From Nitrosarchaeum sp. (GTDB lineage Archaea > Thermoproteota > Nitrososphaeria > Nitrososphaerales > Nitrosopumilaceae), in assembly GCA_965223865.1 (NCBI GenBank), contig OZ245020.1, positions 384,001 through 448,000 on the forward strand: a DNA stretch of 64,000 bases, read 5' to 3'. The position numbers and the translations under genes are program-made. Positions within the stretch are counted from its first letter, which is position 1. Each line of letters starts with the position of its first letter. The notes under the pieces are model-generated. The model searched no databases, was not told the DNA's origin, and saw only the letters and a program-made list of their open reading frames with translations. Positions 1 to 8,599 of this stretch are shown here, piece by piece.

Positions 1-717
1 TGAATTGGCCTCAAAAGCATCCTTTATTCTTTCTTCCAGAATTTTTTTAATTTGCTCAACATTGTAGTTTGTAAAAACAATCTCCTCCTCTCCTAGACTA
101 CTAATTACTCTTGGATCCAGTTTTTCTTTGAAGGTAAGGTCATTTGAAATACCAACTAAGGTTAGTGAGCCTTGATTTAATCTCTCGTTTGCTCGGGTTA
201 ATTGATAAAGTATGTCCTTTCCTGTTTTTGAGATTAATTCGGCTAAATAATCAATTTCATCAATTACAAAGATTACGTTAATTTTAGTTTCATTGATATT
301 GTTTAGAATTCTCTTAAAGACCTCACTTATTGCTAGTCCAGTTGATGGAAGTTCTTTATCTAGTAGACCTAATTGACGACCAAAGCTTACTAGAAGACCA
401 TATAGTGTTGTCTCTTCTTTAGAATTTGAATAGATTAGTTTTATAGGAAAATTGGATTTTTCAACTCTTTCTTGGATTTTTGATATTACTTTTTTTACAA
501 CTAGGGTTTTACCAGTGCCAGGCTTGCCATACACTAGGAGATTTGATGGTCTTGATTGTTTGAGTATAGGCAATAATGATTGGGTTACCTGTTCTTGTTC
601 TGTGGTTCTATGTTGGATGGTATTTGGGATATAGGTAAAGTGAAGAATTTCACGATTTTTAATAATTGATCTGCCGGACTCTGCTGCATCCAGTAATCTG
701 TCTATTGGATCTGACAC
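1..717 (-). CDS. cdc6: Cdc6/Orc1 replication initiator (5' part; runs off window edge)
   Basis: Hand translation from GTG at 717: MSDPIDRLLDAAESGRSIIKNREILHFTYIP...LLVYGKPGTGKT (Walker A)...VIVIDEIDYL (Walker B); absent from ORF track because truncated. Confidence 0.93.
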   Translation of the reverse strand, partial: MSDPIDRLLDAAESGRSIIKNREILHFTYIPNTIQHRTTEQEQVTQSLLPILKQSRPSNLLVYGKPGTGKTLVVKKVISKIQERVEKSNFPIKLIYSNSKEETTLYGLLVSFGRQLGLLDKELPSTGLAISEVFKRILNNINETKINVIFVIDEIDYLAELISKTGKDILYQLTRANERLNQGSLTLVGISNDLTFKEKLDPRVISSLGEEEIVFTNYNVEQIKKILEERIKDAFEANS

Positions 718-881
718 ACTCACACACCTTTGTTTCTACTCAATAGTAACATAATCCTCTCTAAATTAGAAGAGTATAGAATAGAATAATAATTCTAGTT
801 TAGTTTGTAATTAATTTATTTTAGTTAGATTTTTTCAAAAAAAAATAGAAAAAGAGAGAGTGGAAATATTGGTGTGTGGGT
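718..881. repeat. Inverted pair of degenerate ORB-like boxes (718-741, 858-881)
   Basis: ACTCACACACCTTTGTTTCTACTC vs reverse complement of 858-881 ACCCACACACCAATATTTCCACTC, 19/24 identical. Confidence 0.62.
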
Positions 882-951
882 TTATTCTTAATTTTGACTA
901 GTTAACAAAATGTTAATTTTATGTTAAGAAAAAACCAAAAAAGGCCATTTT

Positions 952-1037
952 TACCCCTATATTTCCATTCCAGGCGTTAAGGTCGCCGTTAACAATGTTA
1001 ATGAGAACAAAACTACCCCTTCATTTCCACTCCAGGC
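952..1037 (-). repeat. Two direct-repeat ORB boxes (952-975, 1014-1037)
   Basis: TACCCCTATATTTCCATTCCAGGC vs TACCCCTTCATTTCCACTCCAGGC, 21/24 identical; reverse complement has the TGGAAA core plus G-string of archaeal ORBs. Confidence 0.82.
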
Positions 1038-1195
1038 ATAAAATTTGAAGTATTTCCTTATCTACTAATTCTAAATTGTTAATAACAAAAAATATGCTAG
1101 GCATGAGTTACGCAGTCAATGTTAACAAAGTAATTAGTTAACAAATATTCTCGGATCAGTTGAACTGTTAACACCAGATCCTCATAGATCTAAAG

Positions 1196-1582
1196 ATGGC
1201 AAAAAAACGCATTAGAATTGATATGGAAGATTCTGATGGAGCTCGATATGATATAAAATTAGAGGGAAATGTAACAAGAGACAAAGTTCTAAAAATATTT
1301 GAAATGATGGATTTAATGAATATTGAAGAGGAGCAAGAAACTAATCATATGGACTCTATAGGAGCCAAAATATGGTATATTATAGATAAATTCTTCCCTA
1401 TGGGCAAATTTACTTCAAGTAATATTCTCGAAAAATATGAAGATGAGTATAATGAACCAGTAAAACTAAGTATAATTTCTACATATTTATCCCGATTTTC
1501 TTCAAAAGGTAAAATAGATAGAACTAGAACCGGGCGTGAATGGACATACCAAACCATAAAAATCGGCCAAAAACAAAGATAA
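1196..1582 (+). CDS. Conserved hypothetical protein with C-terminal winged-helix-like domain
   Basis: 128-aa ORF; C-terminal FTSSNILEKY...ISTYLSRFSSKGKIDRTRTGREWTY pattern resembles wHTH. Confidence 0.7.
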   Translation: MAKKRIRIDMEDSDGARYDIKLEGNVTRDKVLKIFEMMDLMNIEEEQETNHMDSIGAKIWYIIDKFFPMGKFTSSNILEKYEDEYNEPVKLSIISTYLSRFSSKGKIDRTRTGREWTYQTIKIGQKQR

Positions 1583-1586
1583 TACT

Positions 1587-1748
1587 CTAAGTAATCAAAA
1601 TTTTACGAACAATTAACCTGTCTTTTCCTAAAATAACTTTAACATATTCACCTTTTTGAATATCCATATATTTCCGAAACTGTTTAGGGATCGAAATTGT
1701 TCCTGCGGATGTAATTTTTACTAATACTTCATTTTCTGATATAGACAT
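1587..1748 (-). CDS. AbrB/MazE/SpoVT-family DNA-binding protein (53 aa)
   Basis: Hand translation MSISENEVLVKITSAGTISIPKQFRKYMDIQKGEYVKVILGKDRLIVRKILIT*, the swapped-hairpin pattern; below ORF-track cutoff. Confidence 0.85.
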   Translation of the reverse strand: MSISENEVLVKITSAGTISIPKQFRKYMDIQKGEYVKVILGKDRLIVRKILIT

Positions 1749-1881
1749 ATTTTGATTATAAATTAATAATATATATAATTTAATGAAATCTATATTTTAT
1801 AATTAATAATAAATTATCCATTATTTCCTCATTTTTTAAGGGAGACATTCAATAAAATAACAAAAAAATTTCTGAAACAGT

Positions 1882-2475
1882 TTATGCAATTATTGAATTG
1901 TTCTGAATCGAGGCAATTCTTTCTTGTCCTTTTTCTGTAATAGAATATGTGTATGGTTTAGTTTTGGTATTTCTGTCAACTAATCCATCTTCAAATAATT
2001 TTTTCATAAACCTAGAAGTATGTTCTCTACTGCGGTTTAGGGCCCTTTGAATATCACGTGACGTCATAGCTTTGTCTGTGACTAGTTGTAATACTTGCTC
2101 TGTGACGTCATTTGAGTCAATAGTAGGTGCTTCAACTATTTTTGATTCTTTTATTATCTTCTCAGGCTTGGATTCAATATTACTTTTAATTAACTGCTCT
2201 TTTTTTGCTAGTTTTTCCAAAAATTCTTTTAATTCCATGTTTGGATCCTCAGATTTTGTCTCAATTCCTTGTAATTCCAGGGCATCTAGACGTATTTTCA
2301 TATCAATTAATTGCCTTTCATAATATTCTAGGCGTTCTGACTGTGATGAATCATTAGTTTTAGTATTGATTAATGGACGAATTTTATAAAACGCATATAG
2401 GCCTCCTAAACCTACCAGAAATGCCAAAATCACACTTAAAATAACTTCAGGGTCTGGAATTTCTATTAACATCAC
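1882..2475 (-). CDS. Membrane-anchored winged-helix (MarR/ArsR-like) protein
   Basis: N-terminal TM helix, coiled coil, C-terminal MTSRDIQRALNRSREHTSRFMKKLFEDGLV...YSITEKG wHTH. Confidence 0.78.
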   Translation of the reverse strand: MMLIEIPDPEVILSVILAFLVGLGGLYAFYKIRPLINTKTNDSSQSERLEYYERQLIDMKIRLDALELQGIETKSEDPNMELKEFLEKLAKKEQLIKSNIESKPEKIIKESKIVEAPTIDSNDVTEQVLQLVTDKAMTSRDIQRALNRSREHTSRFMKKLFEDGLVDRNTKTKPYTYSITEKGQERIASIQNNSIIA

Positions 2476-2599
2476 AGATTTTATTCTTATATCGTGATTT
2501 ATCGTGATTGAACAACATTATTTCACACTTTAGATTAACAAACTCACATTACCTATCACAAACTACTCGGCAAGGAAACTACACCAATAACAATCAATA

Positions 2600-2962
2600 T
2601 CACATATTACATGCCTGACGGATGACTTTATCAATCACATTAATGACCTCACCTTCTCGTTCTGGAAAAACATCACTGTTTTTTATCACACTGATCTGTT
2701 CTGAAAGTTTTGAAATCACATCAATATCATCTGGCAAAAGTATGCCTAGACCACGTAAAAGTATGATTGAATAGAATAATGCAATTAATTTATCTCTAGA
2801 TTGATTTACTTGCCTATAATACGCACCTTTTGTTATGCTAAATTTAGATTCTAGAAGATCTTTCTGATTTAAAATAATTTCAATTTGTCGCTCTGTAAAT
2901 AATGATTTTTTGATAATTTGTCGTATAATATTGTTAAAATTGGATTTTTCAATGTCCTCCAT
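2600..2962 (-). CDS. Conserved hypothetical protein, HTH-like
   Basis: ORF 2600..3016; ATG at 2962 (MEDIEK) more plausible; FTERQIEII...ITKGAYYRQVNQSR resembles sigma/LuxR-type HTH. Confidence 0.65.
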   Translation of the reverse strand: MEDIEKSNFNNIIRQIIKKSLFTERQIEIILNQKDLLESKFSITKGAYYRQVNQSRDKLIALFYSIILLRGLGILLPDDIDVISKLSEQISVIKNSDVFPEREGEVINVIDKVIRQACNM

Positions 2963-3027
2963 AGCTATACAAATCTGTATACCAACATTCCAATTAAACT
3001 TTAAAGAGTCATCCACAAACCAATTTT

Positions 3028-3780
3028 ATGACTGGAAATAAAGTTGAATCGTTTCTTAAATCTGAATTAAAAAAGAAAAATGCATTATTGTTTGTTTTAA
3101 TTGATTCTGAAGTATCGAATATAGAATCTTCAAGTAAACTTGCAAAAGAAGTAGAAAAGATAGGAGCATCTGCCATTTTAGTAGGTGGCTCATCGGCTAC
3201 AGACCAAATGGAGATGGCTCAGGTCGTAAAAGGTATTAAAAAAGGAATTAAAATTCCAATCATTCTCTTTCCTGGAAATGTCACAGGAGTCGTACCTGAC
3301 GCTGATGCAATTTTATTTAGTTCCTTGATGAATTCTGAAAATCCTTACTTTATCACTCAGGCACAAGCATTAGGTGCACCAAGTGTACTAAAATTTGGTT
3401 TAGAGCCATTACCTACTGCCTATTTAGTAATAGGTGAGGGAACATCTGCATGGTTTGTAGGGTCTGCAAGAGGAATTCCATTTGACAAACCAAAAATTGC
3501 AGCAGCATATTCACTAGCAGCACAATTTCTAGGAATGAGGTTTGTTTACCTAGAAGCAGGTTCTGGCGCTAAATCAAATATCACCCCTGAAATGGTTAAA
3601 ATGGTACGAAAATTATTCAATGGATTTCTTATTGTTGGTGGCGGAATTAAGGACGTAAAGACTGCCTCTGGATTAGTAAAAGCAGGAGCTGATGCACTAG
3701 TAATTGGAACTTTCCTAGAAAAGGGAGGAAGTATAAAAAAACTAGAAGAAATAGCAAAAGCAATTCAAAGAAGCAAGTAA
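3028..3780 (+). CDS. Geranylgeranylglyceryl phosphate synthase
   Basis: FVLIDSE, ILVGGS, ILFPG, YLEAGSG, IVGGGI motifs. Confidence 0.93.
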   Translation: MTGNKVESFLKSELKKKNALLFVLIDSEVSNIESSSKLAKEVEKIGASAILVGGSSATDQMEMAQVVKGIKKGIKIPIILFPGNVTGVVPDADAILFSSLMNSENPYFITQAQALGAPSVLKFGLEPLPTAYLVIGEGTSAWFVGSARGIPFDKPKIAAAYSLAAQFLGMRFVYLEAGSGAKSNITPEMVKMVRKLFNGFLIVGGGIKDVKTASGLVKAGADALVIGTFLEKGGSIKKLEEIAKAIQRSK

Positions 3781-3792
3781 TAGGACAATATT

Positions 3793-6700
3793 ATGTCCGA
3801 AAATGACGCTATTTCACGAATTAGTGGCATTAAGATGCCAAATTATTATCAAAACTATTACTCGGAACTCTCAAATGAAACTTATACAATTTTTGAGAAA
3901 GCCGCTACTGCAAAATCTAGCCTTGTAGATTCTTCAGGAATAATAGAGCCGAAAATCGCATTTGATCTAGCGGATCGTGTAGCAAAAATGCACGAAATTG
4001 ATATTGCTGAACCACTTAGAGAATTATTAAAAATCAATGGTAAAGAACTATCAGCCTTAATTCTATCAAAAGAGATTGCCTTAGGAAAATACACACTTCC
4101 TGACTCAACTTTGGAAGAAAAACTGGATTTGGCAGTAAGAGTAGGACTTGCTATTGTAACTGAAGGAGTCACAATAGCCCCTTTACAAGGAATTAGTGAA
4201 GTAAAGATAAAGAAAAACAAGGATGAATCTGAATATCTTTCAGTTTCTATTGCAGGCCCAATGCGTTCTGCGGGTGGAACAGAATCAGCAGTAACTATGC
4301 TTTTGGCAGATCATGTAAGAAAAGCAGTAAAACTATCAAAATATCAGGCCAACTCATTTGATGATGAAACTGGCAGATTTATAGAAGAATTAAGAATCTA
4401 TGAAAGAGAAGCTAGCAGTTTTCAATTTCATATATTAGATGAGGATATTGAGACGGTGATTTCTAATCTTCCTGTTGAACTTGATGGAGTCGATACAGAT
4501 CCTTTTGAAGTTGTCAATCATAAGGGAATGACACGCATAAAAACAGACAGAGTTAGAGGTGGAGCATTAAGAGTTCTAAATGATGGACTAATTGGAAGAT
4601 CTAAAAAATTACTCAAGAGGATTGAATTATACAATTTAGATGGATGGGAATGGCTAGCTGACCTTAAGGGAGCGGTTCAAACTGGAGATAATCAGGAAGA
4701 TGCAGCAGCAAAAAGAATGCGTGAAGTAATTACTGGAAGATCAGTCTTATCTATGCCTAATAAGCTTGGAGGATTCCGTTTAAGATATGGAAGAGCCTGC
4801 AATACCGGTTTTGCCTCTGTTGGAATACATCCAATCATTGCAGAGATTTTAGATCATACAATAGCAGTTGGCACTCAAATCAAAATAGATATTCCTGGGA
4901 AAGGAGCAACCGTAGCATTTGTTGATTCTATTGAAACTCCTACAGTCCGACTAAAAAACGGCAATGTCGTCAAAATTAGAGATGTCAAACATGGAATTGA
5001 AATTAAACAAGAAATTGAAAAAATTCTCCATCTAGGAGATATTCTAATCTCTTTTGGAGACTTTTTAGAAAATAACGCACAACTGGTTCCAACTGGATAT
5101 GTTGAAGAGTATTGGATTGAAGAATTAAGAGAAAAACTAGCAAAATATGAGCCTGATGATAAATATCTAATACAATTTCTTAACAAAACTCCTTCATTAG
5201 ATGATTCCTTGAAACTATCTCTTGATTTTCAAATTCCCCTTCATCCAAAATATCTGTACTTTTGGGACCAAATTTCCACCGAGGACCTAGAAAAACTCCT
5301 TCATCCAATTAAATTAAACAAAAATTCCATCGAATACAATTTAGCAATAAAAAACATCCTTGAAAAACTTGGAGTTCCTCATATCAAAAATAATCAAATT
5401 CTAATTCTGGAAAATCAAGAGGCTGAGATTTTCTTTAATTTGCTTTTTAGAAAAGAGACAAAAATCTCAGATTTATCAGTTCCAAAAATTATCTCAGAAT
5501 CCTCTGAAATAGAAATTAGAAATAAATTCTCAACTTCCATTGGAGTTAGAATTGGAAGACCAGAGAAAGCTGCTCCAAGACTAATGAAGCCTCCAACTCA
5601 TGTTTTGTTCCCAATTAGTGATAAAGGCGGACCAACACGAGATCTTCTTAAAGCTTCAAGACACGACAATTTCTTTACAAATATTTTCAATAGAAATTGT
5701 AATGAATGTGGAGAACCATCAATTGGCATAAAATGCTCAAAATGTGGAACTAAAACCTCTGTGAATTACAGATGTAACAAATGTAAAGATACACTTGATA
5801 ATCCATATTGTGAAAAATGTAAAAGAAAAGCGTCTTCTCATTCTCACAAAGCATTTCCACTAAAAACAAGATTAGTTAACGCCCAAGAAAAGATGGGTCT
5901 TAGGGCTCAAGAGCCATTAAAAGGAGTCAAGGAATTAATCAACCAAGATAGAATTGCTGAACCATTAGAAAAAGGATTGGTACGGCAAAACTTTGGTCTG
6001 ACTGTATTCAAAGACGGAACAGTCAGATTCGATGCTACAAACTCACCTCTTACTCAATTCAAACCTTCATGGATTGGTATATCAATTGAAAAGCTAAAAA
6101 CTTTGGGATATACCCATGATATCGATGGGAATCCCATCACAGATTTGGACCAAACCATAGAACTTAGAATGCAGGATGTTATAATCCCAAATGAAAGTGG
6201 TAGGTATCTAGTTTCTGTATGTAAGTACATTGATACTCTATTAGACAAGTTTTATGGAAAATCACCATTTTACAACGTAAAAAGCACTGATGAGCTAATT
6301 GGTCACCTGATCATAGGTTTAGCTCCTCATACATCAGTTGGAATTGTAGGAAGAATTATTGGTTATACCGAAACCCATGTTTGTTTTGCAACCCCAAATT
6401 GGCATTCAGCTAAAAGGCGTGATGCTGATGGTGATGCAGATTCTATAATGCTTCTAATGGATAGTCTCTTGAATTTTTCAAGACAGTTTCTCTCTGACAG
6501 GATTGGTGGGTTAATGGATGCTCCATTGCTTGTTCAACCACTAGTCCTTCCCCACGAATCACAACCACAAGCGCACAATCTAGAGGTAGGACAAAATTTC
6601 CCTCTTGAATTTTTCGAGGATACAATAAAACAAAAAAAAGCATCAGATACAACATGTGTTGAAATCATAAAATCACGTCTAGAAACTGAAAAGCAATTTT

Positions 6701-7170
6701 ATGGATATGACTTTACCCATAACACATCATCTCTTACAACATCAAAATCAAGAAGTGCATATTCAACACTTGGCTCAATGCTTGATAAATTTGACATGCA
6801 AATAAGAAATGCTGAAATGATTGATGCTGTAAACACAACCGAGATTGTATCAAACGTAATTTCAACTCATTTAGTTCCAGATATCATGGGAAATCTAAGA
6901 GCATATGCAAGACAAAATTTTCGATGTACTGGTTGCGGAAAATCTTTCCGTCGGATGCCATTAATCCAAACATGTGTATGCGGTCACAAACTTATCCCTA
7001 CCATCACAAGGGGTTCAGTAGAAAAATATCTCAAGATTGCAAAGAGACTTGTTAACAAGTATGATGTGGGTGCATATCAGAAAGGAAGAATTCATGTACT
7101 ATCTGATGAGATTGATCTAGTTTTTGGAAAAAGTCAAGGCGATCAATCACTCCTTACAGACTATGCCTAA
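3793..7170 (+). CDS. polC: DNA polymerase D large subunit DP2
   Basis: 1125 aa; TEGVTIAPLQGI, AGPMRSAGGT, RIGRPEKA, HSAKRRDADGD, CxxC zinc modules. Confidence 0.97.
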   Translation: MSENDAISRISGIKMPNYYQNYYSELSNETYTIFEKAATAKSSLVDSSGIIEPKIAFDLADRVAKMHEIDIAEPLRELLKINGKELSALILSKEIALGKYTLPDSTLEEKLDLAVRVGLAIVTEGVTIAPLQGISEVKIKKNKDESEYLSVSIAGPMRSAGGTESAVTMLLADHVRKAVKLSKYQANSFDDETGRFIEELRIYEREASSFQFHILDEDIETVISNLPVELDGVDTDPFEVVNHKGMTRIKTDRVRGGALRVLNDGLIGRSKKLLKRIELYNLDGWEWLADLKGAVQTGDNQEDAAAKRMREVITGRSVLSMPNKLGGFRLRYGRACNTGFASVGIHPIIAEILDHTIAVGTQIKIDIPGKGATVAFVDSIETPTVRLKNGNVVKIRDVKHGIEIKQEIEKILHLGDILISFGDFLENNAQLVPTGYVEEYWIEELREKLAKYEPDDKYLIQFLNKTPSLDDSLKLSLDFQIPLHPKYLYFWDQISTEDLEKLLHPIKLNKNSIEYNLAIKNILEKLGVPHIKNNQILILENQEAEIFFNLLFRKETKISDLSVPKIISESSEIEIRNKFSTSIGVRIGRPEKAAPRLMKPPTHVLFPISDKGGPTRDLLKASRHDNFFTNIFNRNCNECGEPSIGIKCSKCGTKTSVNYRCNKCKDTLDNPYCEKCKRKASSHSHKAFPLKTRLVNAQEKMGLRAQEPLKGVKELINQDRIAEPLEKGLVRQNFGLTVFKDGTVRFDATNSPLTQFKPSWIGISIEKLKTLGYTHDIDGNPITDLDQTIELRMQDVIIPNESGRYLVSVCKYIDTLLDKFYGKSPFYNVKSTDELIGHLIIGLAPHTSVGIVGRIIGYTETHVCFATPNWHSAKRRDADGDADSIMLLMDSLLNFSRQFLSDRIGGLMDAPLLVQPLVLPHESQPQAHNLEVGQNFPLEFFEDTIKQKKASDTTCVEIIKSRLETEKQFYGYDFTHNTSSLTTSKSRSAYSTLGSMLDKFDMQIRNAEMIDAVNTTEIVSNVISTHLVPDIMGNLRAYARQNFRCTGCGKSFRRMPLIQTCVCGHKLIPTITRGSVEKYLKIAKRLVNKYDVGAYQKGRIHVLSDEIDLVFGKSQGDQSLLTDYA

Positions 7171-8493
7171 CTATCGTAATTTTACGTATTCATAAGCACC
7201 AAGACTATTATCAAAACAAAACTTGATCTTTTGATAGTTTTTTCTCATTGCCTTTACCTTTGATAGAATCTTCTTTGGATCTTTTTTCTCAATTACAACT
7301 TTTTTAATTAAATCTGCTATCTCTTTCATATCATTTTTCTTCATGCCAAGTCTTGTAATTTCTGAAACTCCTAGTCTAATTCCACCTGGATGAAAGTAAT
7401 TACGACCTGCTTTAATGTCACCTGGAATCAATTGTCTGTTAACAATTATGTTGGCTTTTTCCAAATCTGCTTCTACTTTACCACCATCAGAATAGTCTAG
7501 AACATTTACTGCAATCTGATGTGATTGTGTGAATCCTCTACTTTCACCTAAAACTTTGAAACCAACATCACTTAGAGCCTCTGCAAAAGATTTAGCATTT
7601 TTTATTACTTGACTTGCATAATCCTTTCCAAACTCTAATGCTTCTGCAAAGGTAACTGCCTTTGCTGCCATATGATGAATATGATGACTACTTGTTAATC
7701 CTGGGAAAGTTGCTTTCTTTATTGGCTCTTCATGTTCTTTAGAACCTAGAACAAGTCCTCCTTGAGGACCAAATAATGTCTTATGAGTACTCATAGTCAT
7801 AGTATCAGCACCTTCTCTTAATGGGTCTTGAAATTTTCCACCCGCAATTAGACCTGCAACATGAGCAGCATCATAGTTTATGTGCATTCCATAACTCTTT
7901 AGAAAATCAGACAATTCCTTGACAGGATGCGGAAATAAGAATAATGAACCACCAAACATCGCCATTTTTGGAAGGCGATTTTCCTTTTTTAGCTCCTTGA
8001 CTTTCATTTTTGTCTTATCAACATCAATTGTCATCTCTTGGGCATCAAATGGATAAAATTCAATTTCTAATCCATGAACCAATCCTGCTGTTCCTGAATG
8101 TTCTCTTTTACCATGAGAGATGTGTCCACCTGCGGGAATTGATGGTGCTAACATTACATCTCCTGGATTTGTAAAAGCAGAATAAACTGCAAGATTTGCT
8201 ACTACTCCTGAAATTGGTCTTACATCTGCAAATTTTGCTCGATATAGTTTCTTTGCAAGTTTCATACACTCAAACTCTACATCATCAATGAAGATACATC
8301 CTGCATACACTCTATCGCCGGGCCAACCTTCGGCATATCTATTTCCAAAATCTGAGATTATTGCTTCTCTAACTGCTGGGCTAGGAATGTTTTCACTGGC
8401 AATTAATGGAATGGAATTTTCAAACCACTTGTGATGCTCTTTTAACTTTAAGAAAATTTTATTGTAAGATTCTTTATTTGCAGATTTGGCCAT
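7171..8493 (-). CDS. glyA: Serine hydroxymethyltransferase
   Basis: LIASEN, RYAEGWPG, GGHISHG, YDAAH, STHKTLFGPQGG. Confidence 0.96.
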   Translation of the reverse strand: MAKSANKESYNKIFLKLKEHHKWFENSIPLIASENIPSPAVREAIISDFGNRYAEGWPGDRVYAGCIFIDDVEFECMKLAKKLYRAKFADVRPISGVVANLAVYSAFTNPGDVMLAPSIPAGGHISHGKREHSGTAGLVHGLEIEFYPFDAQEMTIDVDKTKMKVKELKKENRLPKMAMFGGSLFLFPHPVKELSDFLKSYGMHINYDAAHVAGLIAGGKFQDPLREGADTMTMSTHKTLFGPQGGLVLGSKEHEEPIKKATFPGLTSSHHIHHMAAKAVTFAEALEFGKDYASQVIKNAKSFAEALSDVGFKVLGESRGFTQSHQIAVNVLDYSDGGKVEADLEKANIIVNRQLIPGDIKAGRNYFHPGGIRLGVSEITRLGMKKNDMKEIADLIKKVVIEKKDPKKILSKVKAMRKNYQKIKFCFDNSLGAYEYVKLR

Positions 8494-8599
8494 AGTTTGC
8501 AGCTCGATTTTCCCAATTTAAAAACACCGATCTTAACTTTAAGATAAATCCATTTTTGATCTGCAAGGTATAAAAGGGGAATCTAGAGTTTTTCCATCT

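Larger units (their letters stand above)
718..1195. promoter_or_regulatory. Putative replication origin (oriC)
   Basis: AT-rich intergenic region upstream of cdc6 with ORB-like boxes at 718-741, 858-881, 952-975 and 1014-1037. Confidence 0.8.

Noticed and set aside
452-634. Plus-strand 60-aa ORF and the many other short antisense or overlapping ORFs in the track (e.g. 3882..4220, 23123..23698, 52833..53348, 63734..63976)
   Set aside because: Shadow frames of well-supported genes on the opposite strand or another frame; no motifs
901-1175. Repeats near the origin as a CRISPR array
   Set aside because: Only two or four ~24-bp copies, mixed orientation, ORB-like sequence, no cas genes
3793-7170. 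Intein in DP2
   Set aside because: Length is normal and no splice-junction or LAGLIDADG motifs were seen
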